Below, piece by piece: positions 1 through 11,275 of a stretch of 64,000 nt of DNA. Position numbers and translations under genes: made by a program. How positions within the stretch are numbered: position 1 is the first letter of the stretch; each line of letters starts with the position of its first letter. The notes beneath the pieces are model-generated. The model worked only from the letters and a program-made list of their open reading frames with translations, did not search any database and was not told the origin of the DNA. This DNA is from Octopus vulgaris (Eukaryota), in contig OX597820.1 in the NCBI GenBank assembly GCA_951406725.2, positions 23,126,001-23,190,000 on the forward strand. Direction: 5' to 3'.

Positions 1-1978
1 TAAGGCAGCTGCAGGAGAAATACCTAGCAAAAGATAAGCCCCTGTACCTGGTTTTTGTTGACATGGAGAAAGCCTTCGACAGGGTCCCCCGATCCCTCAT
101 CTGGTAGTCAATGAGGAAACTAGGGATAGATGAATGGTTAGTGAGAGCTGTGCGAGCCATGTACAGGGACACTGCTAGTAAGGAGAGGGTTGGCATCGAG
201 TACAGTGAAGAATTCCGGGTAGAGGTAGGGGTCCACCAAGGCTCAGTCCTCAGCCCCCTCCTATTTATCATAGTCCTCCAGGCAATAACGGAGGAATTCA
301 AGACAGGATGCCCTTGGGAGCTCCTCTTTGCTGATGACCTTGCTCTAATTGCTGAGTCACTATCAGAACTGGAGGAGAAGTTTCAGGTGTGGAAACAAGG
401 ATTAGAATCAAAGAGCCTTAGAGTCAATCTAGCTAAAACCAAAGTCCTAATAAGTAGGAAGGTAGACAAATCACAAACACCTTCAGGTAGATGGCCCTGC
501 TCGATCTGTAGAAAAGGTGTAGGTAGAAACTCTATAAGATGTACCAAGTGTAAGCTATGGACACATAAGAGATGCAGCAATGTCAAAGGAAGGCTAACTA
601 GGAAGATGGTTTTTGTATGTGGCAGATGCTCAGGAACAATAAACACTGAAAATGCTCTGAGACCAACTTCTGTCACTTTCCAGGGAGAAAAACTAGAAAT
701 AGTTGATAGCTTTCGTTACCTAGGTGACCAAGTCAGCAGCGGAGGCGGGTGTGCTGAAAGAGTAACTGCTAGAGTAAGAATACTTCAGAGAGCTCTTACC
801 TCTGCTGGTGACAAAAGGCCTCTCGCTCAGAGTAAAAGGCAGACTGTATGACGCGTGTGTATGAACAGCCATGCTACATGGCAGTGAAACATGGGCCGTG
901 ACTGCTGAGGATATGCGTAAGCTCGCAAGAAATGAACCCAGTATGCTCCGATGGATGTGTAATGTCAGTACTCATACTCGACAGAGTGTAAGTACCTTGA
1001 GAGAAAAGCTGGACCTAAGAAGCATCAGATGTGGTGTGCAAGAGAGACGTTTGCACTGGTATGGGCATGTGGCAAGAATGGATGAAGATAGTTGTGTGAA
1101 AAAGTGCCACACCCTAGCAGTTGAGGGAACCTGTGGAAGAGGCAGACCCAGGAAAACCTGGGACCAGGTGGTGAAGCACGACCTTCGAACTTTAGGTCTC
1201 ACTGAGGAAATGACTAGAGACCGAGACCTCTGGAAGTATGCTGTGCGCGAGAAGACCCGGCAGGACAAGTGAGACCATAACCCGTGGCCTTCTACATGGG
1301 ATGTAGCCAGCCCACTTATGCATACCTTCCCTTCTTGGGACACAAAACTCTACTTGTGAAGACCTGTTGAGGCAAGTGAGAATCAGAATCGAAATTGATC
1401 AATGGAAATTGCAGCTGAGTTACCAGTGCCGGTGGCACGTAAGAGAACCATCCGAATGTGGCCGTTGCCAGCGCCGCCCCAACTGGCCTCGTGTCGGTGG
1501 CACATAAAAAGCACCATCCGCTCGTGGTCGTTGCCAGCGCCGCCCAGACTGGCCTCGTGCCAGTGGCATGTAAAAAGCACCATCCGTTCGTGGCTGTTGC
1601 CAGCCTTGCCTGGCCCCCGTGCCGGTGGCATGTAAAAAGCACCATCCGTTCGTGGCCGTCTGCCAGACTTGTCTGCACCACCATCCGTTCGTGACCGTTG
1701 CCAGCGCCGCCCCGACTGGCCTCGTGCCAGTTGCACGTAAAAAGCACCATCCGTCCTTGGCTGTTTGCCAGCTCCATCTGGCACCTGTGCGGGTGGCATG
1801 TAAAAAGCACCCACTACACTCACGGAGTGGTTGGCGTTAGGAAGGGCATCCAGCCGTAGAAACACTGCCAGATCAGACTGGGCCTGATGCAGCCTTCGGG
1901 CTTCACAGACCCCAGTTGAACCGTCCAACCCATGCTAGCATGGAAAGCGGACGCTAAATGATGATGATGATGATGATA
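1..1978 (+). mobile_element. RTE-like non-LTR retrotransposon, 3' portion (decayed RT ORF with PHD-finger insert, repeat-rich 3' UTR, (GAT)n tail)
   Basis: Motifs FVDMEKAFDRV, GVHQGSVLSPLLF, LLFADD, FRYLG, HGSETW, L.WYGHVARM and RGRPRKTW. Stops at about 105 and about 862, frameshift near 780; the ORF ends at 1272 and the tail is atgatgatg at about 1960-1978. Confidence 0.93.
1425..1812 (+). repeat. Tandem array of about 62-66 bp units in the LINE 3' UTR
   Basis: Core CGTGCCGGTGGCACGTAAAAAGCACC recurs at about 1425, 1490, 1556, 1618, 1723 and 1786. Confidence 0.9.
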
Positions 1979-2002
1979 TATATATATATATATATATATA
2001 AC

Positions 2003-2410
2003 AGGCACAGGAGTGGCTGTGTGGTAAGTAGCTTGCTTACCAACCACATGGTTCTGGGTTCATTCCCACTGCGTGGCACCTTGGGCAAGTGTCTTCTACT
2101 ATAGCCTTGGGCTGACCAATGCCTTGTGAGTGGATTTGGTAGAAAGAAACTGAAAGAAGCCCGTCATATATATCTATACATATATATATGTATGTGTGTG
2201 TATATGTTTGTGTATCTGTGTTTGTCTCCCCAACATCACTTGACAACCGATGGTGGTGTGTTTACGTCCTTGTAACTTAGTGGTTTGGCAAAAGAGATTG
2301 ATAGAATAAGTGCTTACAAAGAATAAGTCTTGGAGTCGATTTGCTCGACTAAAGGTGGTGCTCCAGCATGGCTACAGTCAAATGACTGAAACAAGTAAAA
2401 GAGTAAAGAG
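2003..2410 (+). mobile_element. SINE family A (tRNA-like head, internal (TA)n(TG)n, about 400 bp)
   Basis: A-box TGGCTGTGTGG, B-box-like GGTTCA.TCCC and 3' end GACTGAAACAAGTAAAAGAG. About 20 full or partial copies occur in the window. Confidence 0.9.
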
Positions 2411-2415
2411 AGAGA

Positions 2416-2456
<41 letters not shown>

Positions 2457-3290
2457 CACACACACACACACAGGTACCACTTAAAAAGCACCTGTGCTAG
2501 TGCAGCATAAACACACCCGTGGCAGTGACATGTAAAATGCACCCAGCACTCTCTGTGAAGTGGCTAGCATTAGGAAGGGCATCCAGCCAAAGAAACTATG
2601 CCACAACAGGCAGTTGGAGTCCAGGCAACTCCCTGGTAGCCAGCTCCATGTCAAACCATCCATGCCAGTATGGAGACCAGATGTTAAATGATGGTGATAA
2701 TAATGATGTCTATACATGCACACACATGATGGGCTTCTTTCAGTTTCTGTCTGTCAGATCCACTCACAATTGTTTGGTTGATAATAAAAGGCATTTGCAC
2801 AGAGCACAATGCAGCTGGACTGAACCTGAATTCACATGGTTAGTAACCACATAGTCATGCTTGCATATACGCACATGTGAATTAGTTGTAAGGATTTAAA
2901 CTGAACCTAGGCATATCAACATGTAGGATGTCACAAATGGCTTGATACTATAACATAAAGTTCACAGATAAACAACAATGATATTACCACATTGGTAGGA
3001 ATACTGTAGATATGTAAGTACCAAATCCAATTTATACTGTAGCTCTGACTCCGGGTTGGTTCCAGGTATAAAAAGAAAACATGAATGGCATTGTGTGTAT
3101 ATGTGTGTGTGTATGCTTCAAAGTATTGTTCAAAGAACACTTAAAAAATACAATTCAGCTAAATCAAAAATAGAATGAGAAATGTTGGAAACAAAAACCA
3201 AAAGCAAACTTCAAAACAAGCAAACACTTCTTTTAACATATTTTCAAAATATTTCACATTTTGATTTAGAACCATTATTTTCATCATTTA

Positions 3291-3842
3291 TTGGGTTGTC
3301 CGGAAAGTTTGTGCTTACCTTTCGACTTATTTTAGAACATGGTTGAGTCCATAAAATAGGATTTGACTACACCTCCATTTAGAGCACAGTTTAAGCTATC
3401 TTTTCGCGGAAGAAGGTTTATGTTCCTATAACCTGTGTTAATTCTGTAACCCTTTAAAATGGAAGATAAGAAAGTTCATCTTTGGTACTTGATTCTTTGG
3501 GAACCAGACAAAAATTGCTGCAGCTCGGCTGGGATGTGTTACCCCACCCTCCATATTCACCAGATATTGCTCCTTCGGATTTCCACTTATTCAGGTCTCT
3601 GCAGAATAGTCTTAATGGTAAAAATTTCAATTCTTTGGATGACATAAAAAGATACCTTGATGAATTCTTTGCCACGAAATCACCTCAATTCTGGGAAGAG
3701 GGTATTTTCAAGTTAAAGGTAAGATGGAGACACATTGTGCAACAAAATGGTTCATATTTGGTTGATTAAAAATGTAATGGCAAGATTTTATTGACCTTTT
3801 TCTTTCCTTTAAAAATCGGTATGAACTTTCCGGACAACCCAA
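3291..3842 (+). mobile_element. Internally deleted mariner transposon
   Basis: 19-bp perfect TIRs TTGGGTTGTCCGGAAAGTT flanked by TA on both sides. The transposase start MEDKKVH is joined to a C-terminal part LGWDVLPHPPYSPDIAPSDFHLFRSLQN. Confidence 0.95.
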
Positions 3843-3887
3843 TAGATTTTGTTAATGGTGTTGCTGATTATTAGTTAAGATAATATA

Positions 3888-4130
3888 CATATCGTTGCTA
3901 TTATGCAAAAGTCCAAAATGTTGCTTTTTCAGAAAATGAAAAAATAGTTTCCCCATTCCATAGCAAAACTGTTGTACTACACTTTGACAATTTTTGATAT
4001 CTTGGAATCTGAGGCAGCTGGAGATATGATAGTTTCACCAAAAGAACTGAGTATTGCAAGCAAAAATAAATATCGAAAAAACGCATTTGGCCAAATTTGG
4101 ACATATGACAGTTTAACATATTAACGATAT
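3888..4130. mobile_element. Non-autonomous DNA-transposon-like element (related inverted copy at about 37511-37715)
   Basis: Ends are CATATCGTT...AACGATATG. The internal sequence is shared in reverse orientation with the 37.5-37.7 kb copy. Confidence 0.6.
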
Positions 4131-4134
4131 GCTG

Positions 4135-4452
4135 AAACTCCCTTCGGTCCTGAGTGACTGTGGGATTGCACCTAGAAAGTTACCCTCCCAAGCATAAGTC
4201 CGGGCAAGGTTGTTTATGGAAGACCAGCAGTTGCCCATTCATACCAGCCTCTCCTCTCCACGCCACCAGTGTTATCCAAGGGAAAGGCAACGGCCGATAC
4301 AGCTTGGCACCAGTGATGTCACAACTCATTTCTACAGCTGAGTGAACTGGAGCAACGTGAAATAAAGTGTCTTGCTCAAGAACACAACGCGCCGCCCGGT
4401 CCAGGAATTGAAACCACAGTCTTATGATCATAATGCTGAACACCCTAACCAC
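4135..4452 (-). mobile_element. SINE family C (tRNA head + CORE-like domain), tail type a
   Basis: Head ...GTGGTTAGGGTGTT...TTCAATTCCTGG and CORE-like TGTGTTCTTGAGCAAGACACTTTATTTCAC...CAGCTG. Other copies at about 33548-33812 (-) and 35422-35745 (+). Confidence 0.8.
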
Positions 4453-4574
4453 TAGTACCAGGCTTTAAAAAATAAGTCCTGGGGTCAATTTAATTAAATA
4501 AAACCTTTCAAAGCAGTGCTCCAGTATGGCCATAGTCAAAAATAACTAAAACAAGTAAAATATAAAAGATATAT

Positions 4575-4737
4575 AGGTGCAGGAGTGGCTGTGTGGTAAG
4601 TAGCTTGCTTACCAACCACATTGTTCCAGGTTCAGTCCCACTGCATGACACCTTGAGCAAGTGTCTTCTACTATAGCCTCGGGCCGACCAAAGCCTTGTG
4701 AGTGGATTTGGTAGACCGAAACTGAAAAAACCCATCG

Positions 4738-4771
<34 letters not shown>

Positions 4772-4985
4772 CATATGTTTGTGTGTCTGTGTTTGTCCCC
4801 ACCCACAACATCACTTGACAACTGATGCTGGTGTGTTTACGTCCCCGTAACTTAGCGGTCCGGCAAGAGAGACTGATAGAATAAGTACTAGGCTTACAAA
4901 GAATAAGTCCTGGGGTCGATTTGCTTGACTAAAGGCGGTGCTCCAGCAAGGCCACAGTCAAATGACTGAAACAAGTAAAAAAAAA
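4575..4985 (+). mobile_element. SINE family A copy
   Basis: Full-length match to 2003-2410. Confidence 0.9.
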
Positions 4986-5319
4986 ATGTATATACAGTAT
5001 ATCTTGTGTTACAGTTAGATGTACTAATGCTACTGCTGAGCTTACTACTGTACTTAGCTGTACTACTGGTTATGATATACAGAAAAAACGTAGGAGAAAT
5101 TATGATAAATACAAGCTTATATCATTTGTTCCCTATGTACATTTCACCACTGTGGTTATTGGCAATTTCTGCATTGGTTGTTTTATAGGCAATTATATGC
5201 TGACCCATATCAAATCATCAGGGGAACACTTTATTGCATTTTGTTACAGATCAAATGCCAAAAGGCCAATGTGTACTGTGTTGCTTATCATAATTTCTCA
5301 CATATATTCTGGTGCAGCC

Positions 5320-5915
5320 ACTGAGGAGAGCTATAAATTTTATTATCGAAGCTGTGGAGAAGGCTACTAGGTGGATAAAGAGAGCAGACCAGTGGTTTAC
5401 TACTACTGGGGTGCAAGCTGGTACTTGATCAACCCTGGCTGGGGTCGACACGGTGATGGGAGTCTGATGTTGAAAGACCTGTAACTCTTTGAGGCCCCAG
5501 AAACAAGACTGATGATGCATCCCAAAAAGGTGGTTATGTGGAAACTGACTGTGCTCTGGGAGAAACAGATAAAAGAAGCTCAAGAGAAGTTTGCCAAATA
5601 CCAGGAACTGGTAGAGCGGTGCAGGAGTCAGGACTGGCAGGCATGTTGTGAGGCAACAAAAGTGGGCTGTTCATTCTAGAAAGCTCTAATTGGGTTTGGA
5701 ATTACTGATGCAGTAAAGAGGAGGGCTAAAAATTCCACCATTTAAGATGCAAGGAAGACCACTAGATGGCTTGGATGAAGAAGACAGACCAATTGTTTGT
5801 TGCTACTGGGACGTATACTGGGATCAATTCCAGCTTGGTCAACTGGGCAAGGGGCCAAATATTGAAACACCTGTAACCCCTAAGACCCCAGAAACATCAC
5901 TAACAATGCATCCCA
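5320..5915 (+). mobile_element. Decayed HERO/R2-group (restriction-like endonuclease) LINE 3' ends, two in tandem
   Basis: 5521-5670 translates KKVVMWKLTVLWEKQIKEAQEKFAKYQELVERCRSQDWQACCEATKVGC, similar to the ELTVPWE..EA.ERK..KY.EL...EVGC RLE motif. The C-terminus and 3' UTR occur twice (about 5325-5523 and about 5720-5915). Confidence 0.7.
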
Positions 5916-6013
5916 GATCACCTACAACTATATATGTACTGACTTCATCTTAACTTTTCATTGATTTCACTTTATTTTTCATTGACTTCTCTCTATTTCT
6001 ATTTTCATTTTTC

Positions 6014-6416
6014 GGATCTTTTCGGTTTGAACGGCAGTTTTTTAAAAATAACTTCCACGTAACTAAACACTTTTAAACTTTGTATACTGGTAGAATGTGT
6101 TTATAAAACATCTTTCTCTCTTGGCTTTATTGAGAAAATTCTATAGTTTGTAAGATATTTGTTGTTTTTTTTCCTTCAATTTCTGCAATTTCAACCAATC
6201 AATGACGTCTATTGAGGTGAATACATTCTGTGCTGTATGAATATTTCACTCGTTTAAGAAACAGATTGGGTATATTTACATTTGTGAAGAAAAAAAGATA
6301 CCCCCCCAACCTTAAAACAGATTGAAATGCAATAGATCGATACTAGGGTCATAATTATGGGTGACAATTTCATATGACACTGCTAGAAAAATCTGCTGTT
6401 CAAACCGAAAAGATCC
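6014..6416. mobile_element. MITE with GG-terminal TIRs and 8-bp TSD (Merlin-like by inference)
   Basis: TIR GGATCTTTTCGGTTTGAACGGCAG; TSD CATTTTTC at 6006-6013 and 6417-6424. Confidence 0.88.
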
Positions 6417-6644
6417 CATTTTTCTTATTCTTACTTTACACTCCCTCAAACTATCATTATTCTTTGCTTTATTTGTCTTCATTCATCATTGCCTTTTTAT
6501 GTCTTCATCTTCTCTATCCCCTATTTTAGCAGGACTGTTGTCTACCCTATTTCATCGGATTAATTTGTTTTTTACCATGTCATTTGCAACTGTGTATACA
6601 ATCGTATATGTGTCTGTGTGTACGTACATATGTATATGTATATT

Positions 6645-6691
<47 letters not shown>

Positions 6692-6910
6692 GTTTGGAGA
6701 TGATGTACAGGTATTTTATATTAGAAAAAATGAGGTACTCAGAAATTCGGATGGTTTTATATTTACAGATATTTATTTGTATATTACATGTTTTTATACA
6801 TCATATAACTTATATCATATATCATATATTAGCGCTTTCTCCCATTCTAGTGGGGTTTTCAAATCGAACTCTATATATATATACCAAAAGTCGGCAATAA
6901 TGAAATTGAA

Positions 6911-6949
<39 letters not shown>

Positions 6950-7029
6950 ATCATCTACACATATATATATCATCATATAAATGTGCATATCTATCTATAT
7001 ATTTATTTATTTGTTAATTTATTCATATC

Positions 7030-7181
7030 CGTAGGAATGGTTGAGTGGTAAGTAGCTTGCTTACCAACCACATGGTTTTGGGTTCACTCCCACTGTCTGG
7101 CACCTTAGGCAAGTGTCTTCTACTATAGCCTCGGGTTGACCAATGCCTTGTGAGTAGACGGAAACTGAAAGGAGCCCATCG

Positions 7182-7222
<41 letters not shown>

Positions 7223-7435
7223 ATATGTTTGTGTGTCTGTGTTTGTCCCCCGCAACATCACTTGACAACTGATGCTAGTGTGTTTACGTCCCTATAACTT
7301 AGTGGTTTGGCAAGAGAGACTGATAGAATAAGTACTAGGCTTCCAAAGAATAAGTCCTGGGGTTGATTTGCTTGACTAAAGGCGGTGCTCCAGCATGGCC
7401 ACAGTCAAATGACTAAAACAAATAAAAGAAAAGAA
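7030..7435 (+). mobile_element. SINE family A copy
   Basis: Full-length match; lies just beyond or within the FGFR1OP2 3' UTR region. Confidence 0.88.
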
Positions 7436-8097
7436 CAAAAGAAGAATCCCTCCAACACATCAGTTATTTTGTCATCATTAACAATTTACTGAAAGTAATT
7501 CTAAATTTTCATATGTACAGATATAAAACATGAATAAGTGATTAAATAGAATTATATGCTGTGATTCAGATGAAGAACTGCAAATAACACAACTAAACAA
7601 GTTTCTTTCAGGTAATAAAATATTGCAGAGCAATTCTTGAAGCAATTAGAACAACATTGATATTTCCAAGTTTTATTTATATAAAACATTCAAGAAAGTT
7701 TTTTTTAAATTTCACTATGATATAGAATAAAAGAAATTCAAAATATCATAGCAGATAAATAGGCTATTACAGTTTTATTAATATTTTAGAGAATTCTTTT
7801 TTCCTTTTTCAAGATCTTTAAACACGCATGCATACATGCACAAACACACTCACACACACACACACATATATATATACGCACACACATACATACACAGTTT
7901 TATACTTTTCCTTTTAACATTTCCAATGTTTTTAAAAGTTTTTTTTATTTTTGTTTTTATTTAAATTTTGATTTTCCTTTTTTTTTTCTTTCTTAAATCT
8001 TCATGTACATGCATACATATACACACCCTCAATTCAAAGGTTTTCACACACCCCGTTCCAACAAGTCCTGTTGTTCCATTTAATTAATTTATATGTA

Positions 8098-8346
8098 TCA
8101 CAGTTGTTTCGTTGGCGTGGCCCTATCTGAGTCATCATTTCCTAAGGAGTTGACCTGGTTCTGCTCCTCGAGAATGCGATGTTTGGTTGTCGAGCAGATC
8201 TCTAGCATTTCTCGTAAGCCACGGTTTTCAATTTCTAGCTGAGTCAGCCTTTCCTGTACTTTAGACACGGCTGTGTCATCCACTGCTACAGCTTTTTGCA
8301 TCACAGCAGCCATTTCACAGATTTTGTCAATCATTTGAACATTATC
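8098..8346 (-). CDS. FGFR1OP2: FGFR1OP2/SIKE homolog, last coding exon (82 aa + TGA)
   Basis: [24 protein letters not shown]...[14 protein letters not shown] matches the family C-terminal coiled coil (EMAAVM.KA, LE.EN.GLRE.L). A pyrimidine tract and tgtag acceptor precede it. The spliced total is 211 aa. Confidence 0.95.
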   Translation of the reverse strand, partial: DNVQMIDKICEMAAVMQKAVAVDDTAVSKVQERLTQLEIENRGLREMLEICSTTKHRILEEQNQVNSLGNDDSDRATPTKQL

Positions 8347-9357
8347 CTACAGAAGAGAAAGAAAAAGTAACAAATTATATTATAAGCAATAATAATAATA
8401 ATAACAATCGTCGGCGTCGGCGTCATCATTATTCAATGTCCATGTTCTATACTGGAGTACGTTCGACAGTTTGACAGAAACTGAAGTGTCTAAGGACTGT
8501 ATATTGAGCTCCAGTGACTGCTTTGGCATGGCTTTTATGGCTGGATGCCCTTGATAAGATCAACCACTTTACAGCATGGGCTGGGTGTACATATTACAAC
8601 TGTGCACAAATGGACACTTCACATAATCTCCTCTGCATATACCCACCACACATCTCTCCCACTGCAGCTACAACCCCCCCCCCCCCGATATCACATGTTC
8701 TTATTCATTAATATTATTTTCTACACATGTTGCTTTGATCTCCATCACCATACTAGATCACCGAATTCTACCCTGATGCTCTATGATTGGCTCTCTCTCT
8801 CCCCCACCTTGCTCTCTCTCCTGTAGTCAAACCAAACACGTTTTTTCTTGTCCTCCTCATGTCAACTGTATCATCATTACAATCCTGTTACTGCTCTCTT
8901 TTTGCATCCATTTTAGGCATCTGCCTTACCCAATCTGCCCTATTTCCTTGTCCCCTGCCTCCCATACAGTCTTCCAAACCCTCACCCACTTACATTCGTA
9001 GTTCCTCTGTCCCCGCTCACTTCTACACACCTTGTATTTTGAGGGGCCACTTGGACACCTCATCTCTTTGCAGTTACTACTGATTTCATTTCTCACTCTC
9101 TCCTAAATGTTGTAGGAGATCCATGTAGCTCCCCTAAAGAACCTGCTCTGCCCTACCACCTTCTTTCATACTTCAACCCTTATCTGCTTGCATAAAGTCC
9201 CTTCCCTTGAGTTTTGCAAGTTGCATGGTATCCTCAATAGTGCCAGTAACATGAGAAGAAGCACCTAGTACTCACTGTAAAGTTGCTGGTGTTAGGAAGG
9301 GCACCCAGTTACAGAAGCCATGCTATTGGCATGGCTTCTGTAACTGGATGTAACTAA

Positions 9358-9588
9358 GGTGGCAAACTGGCAGAAACGTTAGCATGCAGAGTGAAATGTT
9401 TAGTGGTATTTCGTCTGCCGCTACGTTCTGAGTTCAAATTCTGCTGAGGTCGACTTTGCCTTTCATACTTTCAGGGTCAATTAAATAAGTACCAGTTACG
9501 CACTGGGGTCGATATAATCAACTTAATCCGTTTGTCTGTCCTTGTTTGCCCCCTCTATGTTTAGCTCCTTGTGGGCAGTAAAGAAATA
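9358..9588 (+). mobile_element. SINE family B (about 230 bp) nested in a LINE-tail remnant
   Basis: GGCGGCGAGCTGGCAGAAACGTTAGCA...GAGTTCAAATTC...AAAGAAATA consensus; TSD AGAAGCCATGC at 9313-9323 and 9589-9599. Confidence 0.88.
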
Positions 9589-10868
9589 AGAAGCCATGCC
9601 AATAGCAGTCCTTGGATCCACTGGATCCTATCAAACCATCCAGCCTTTGCCAGCATGGGATAGAGATATCAAATGACAATGATGATGATATACACATATA
9701 ATTTATTATGAATTTCCAGAAGTTACTGAGTGAGTCAAGGGATAGCCAAAGTATGGAACTCTCGACATTTGAGTTTGCTGATTAATAATTAAAAAATATA
9801 CTCATGCCAATAATAAACACAGGCACTGGTTCTATTACACTTCTTTATTTTTTATTAGTCAACTGGTTAACTATTTAACTTCATTAACAGGTTGTTTGAT
9901 TAATCAGTCAATCAATCAATCAATCAGCTATGTTTGTCAGCATCCTGAGTCAGATGTGGATTACAGAGAGAGCATGCCATTGATGAGGTTGCAAATAGCA
10001 ATTAAAAGGTCTTTGACAAAGATAGCCGATTGCTTGATTGGCTTAACAATTAATGAAACAACTGATAAATTAATAGGTTAAATGGTTAACCAATTTACTA
10101 ATAATCTTTTCTATTATAGGCACAAGGCCTGAAATTTGGGTGGGTAAGGAGGCCAGTCGATCACATTGACCTATTACTTAAATTCTACTTATTTTATTGA
10201 CCCCAAAAGGATGAAAAGCAAAGTTGACCTTAGTGGACTTTGAACTACGAATGTAAAGACTGACAAAATGCTGCTAATCATTTTGTCCAGTATGCTAAAA
10301 ATTCTGTTAGCTCACTGCCTTAACCAACTGACTAATAATAATAAAAGAAGTGACACAGAACCAGTGTGTGTGTCTGTTTATTATTGGCATCATGACCCTC
10401 CCAACATACAACAAAATCTGTTTCAACACATGAGTTCACATCAAAAATCTTGCAAATCAAATACAAAAACAAAAGTTTCAAAGGGTTGTTGCTTTAGAAA
10501 TGGGATTTCTGTAGCTTTTTACCCGTTCATGAAGAACATCTGGGTTATACAGCAACCTCTAGCTACTTACAGCGATGAGTTCTACATCATCATGATAGTT
10601 ATTTTATAGCGTGCCTCTATGTGGTTGTCTGATATGCTAGAAAGAGCAACCAAATCTCTCTCAAAACACCCTATTGCCTTAAAAATAAGCACATTGTATA
10701 ATGTGCTTTCAAGTAAACTCTGTTTAAGGAAGAAATAAAAGATGGAAAGGTCATGGCAAGAATGCCTTTCATCACAGGTTTGATTGATCAGAGCTGACTT
10801 GGGAGCTTAAGAACAAGAACAACAACATCTAGCCATAATGGATCAAGACCTTCAAAGAATGGTATATC

Positions 10869-11183
10869 GGAGAGAAAAAGAGAGAGAGAGAGAGAGAGAG
10901 AAAGAAAATGGGGATAGAAAGAGAAAGTGGGCGAGAAAGGGAGAAACTGGAAAAAAGTGAGAGAGTGGAAGGAAAAGAGGGGAGAGAATTTGGAAGATAG
11001 AGAGGGGGATGGAAAGGGAAAAGGGTGGGAGGGGGAGAGAGAAAGGAAAAATAGAGAAGAAAGAGAAGGGGGAAAGAGCGGGAGGGGAGAAAAGTGAGAG
11101 AGTGGGAGAGAAAGAGGAAGACGGGGGGTGGGTGGAAAGGGGGAAGGGCTGAAGAGGAGAGAGAAAGGAAAAAGGAGAGGACA

Positions 11184-11214
<31 letters not shown>

Positions 11215-11275
11215 AAAGAGAAAGGGAGGGAAGGAGAGAAAGGGAGGGAAGGAGAGAAAGAGAAAGAGAGAAGAA
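10869..11275. repeat. About 400-bp polypurine (GA-rich) low-complexity tract
   Basis: Almost exclusively A/G on the plus strand; lies in FGFR1OP2 intron 2. Confidence 0.9.

Noticed and set aside
1425-1812. CRISPR-like repeat/spacer appearance (also 54845-55180 and 62600-62826)
   Set aside because: The spacers are homologous to each other, the array is part of a eukaryotic LINE 3' UTR, and there are no cas genes.
1316-1928. Repetitive antisense ORFs (HERMVLFTC repeats)
   Set aside because: Open by chance in a GC-rich tandem array; frames are not preserved among copies.
2003-2080. tRNA gene at SINE heads
   Set aside because: A/B boxes are present but there is no complete cloverleaf, and the head is always fused to a SINE body.
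3482-3769. Domesticated SETMAR-like gene
   Set aside because: It is bounded by TIRs and TA, most of the transposase is deleted, and there is no SET-domain exon.
5490-5523. GAAAC...CTGATGA in the HERO-like 3' UTR as a hammerhead ribozyme
   Set aside because: Too degenerate; helices could not be built, and the second copy (about 5890-5912) lacks CTGATGA.
6361-6950. 179-aa and 110-aa hydrophobic ORFs
   Set aside because: They run through a MITE end and (TA)n microsatellites; the composition is an artefact.
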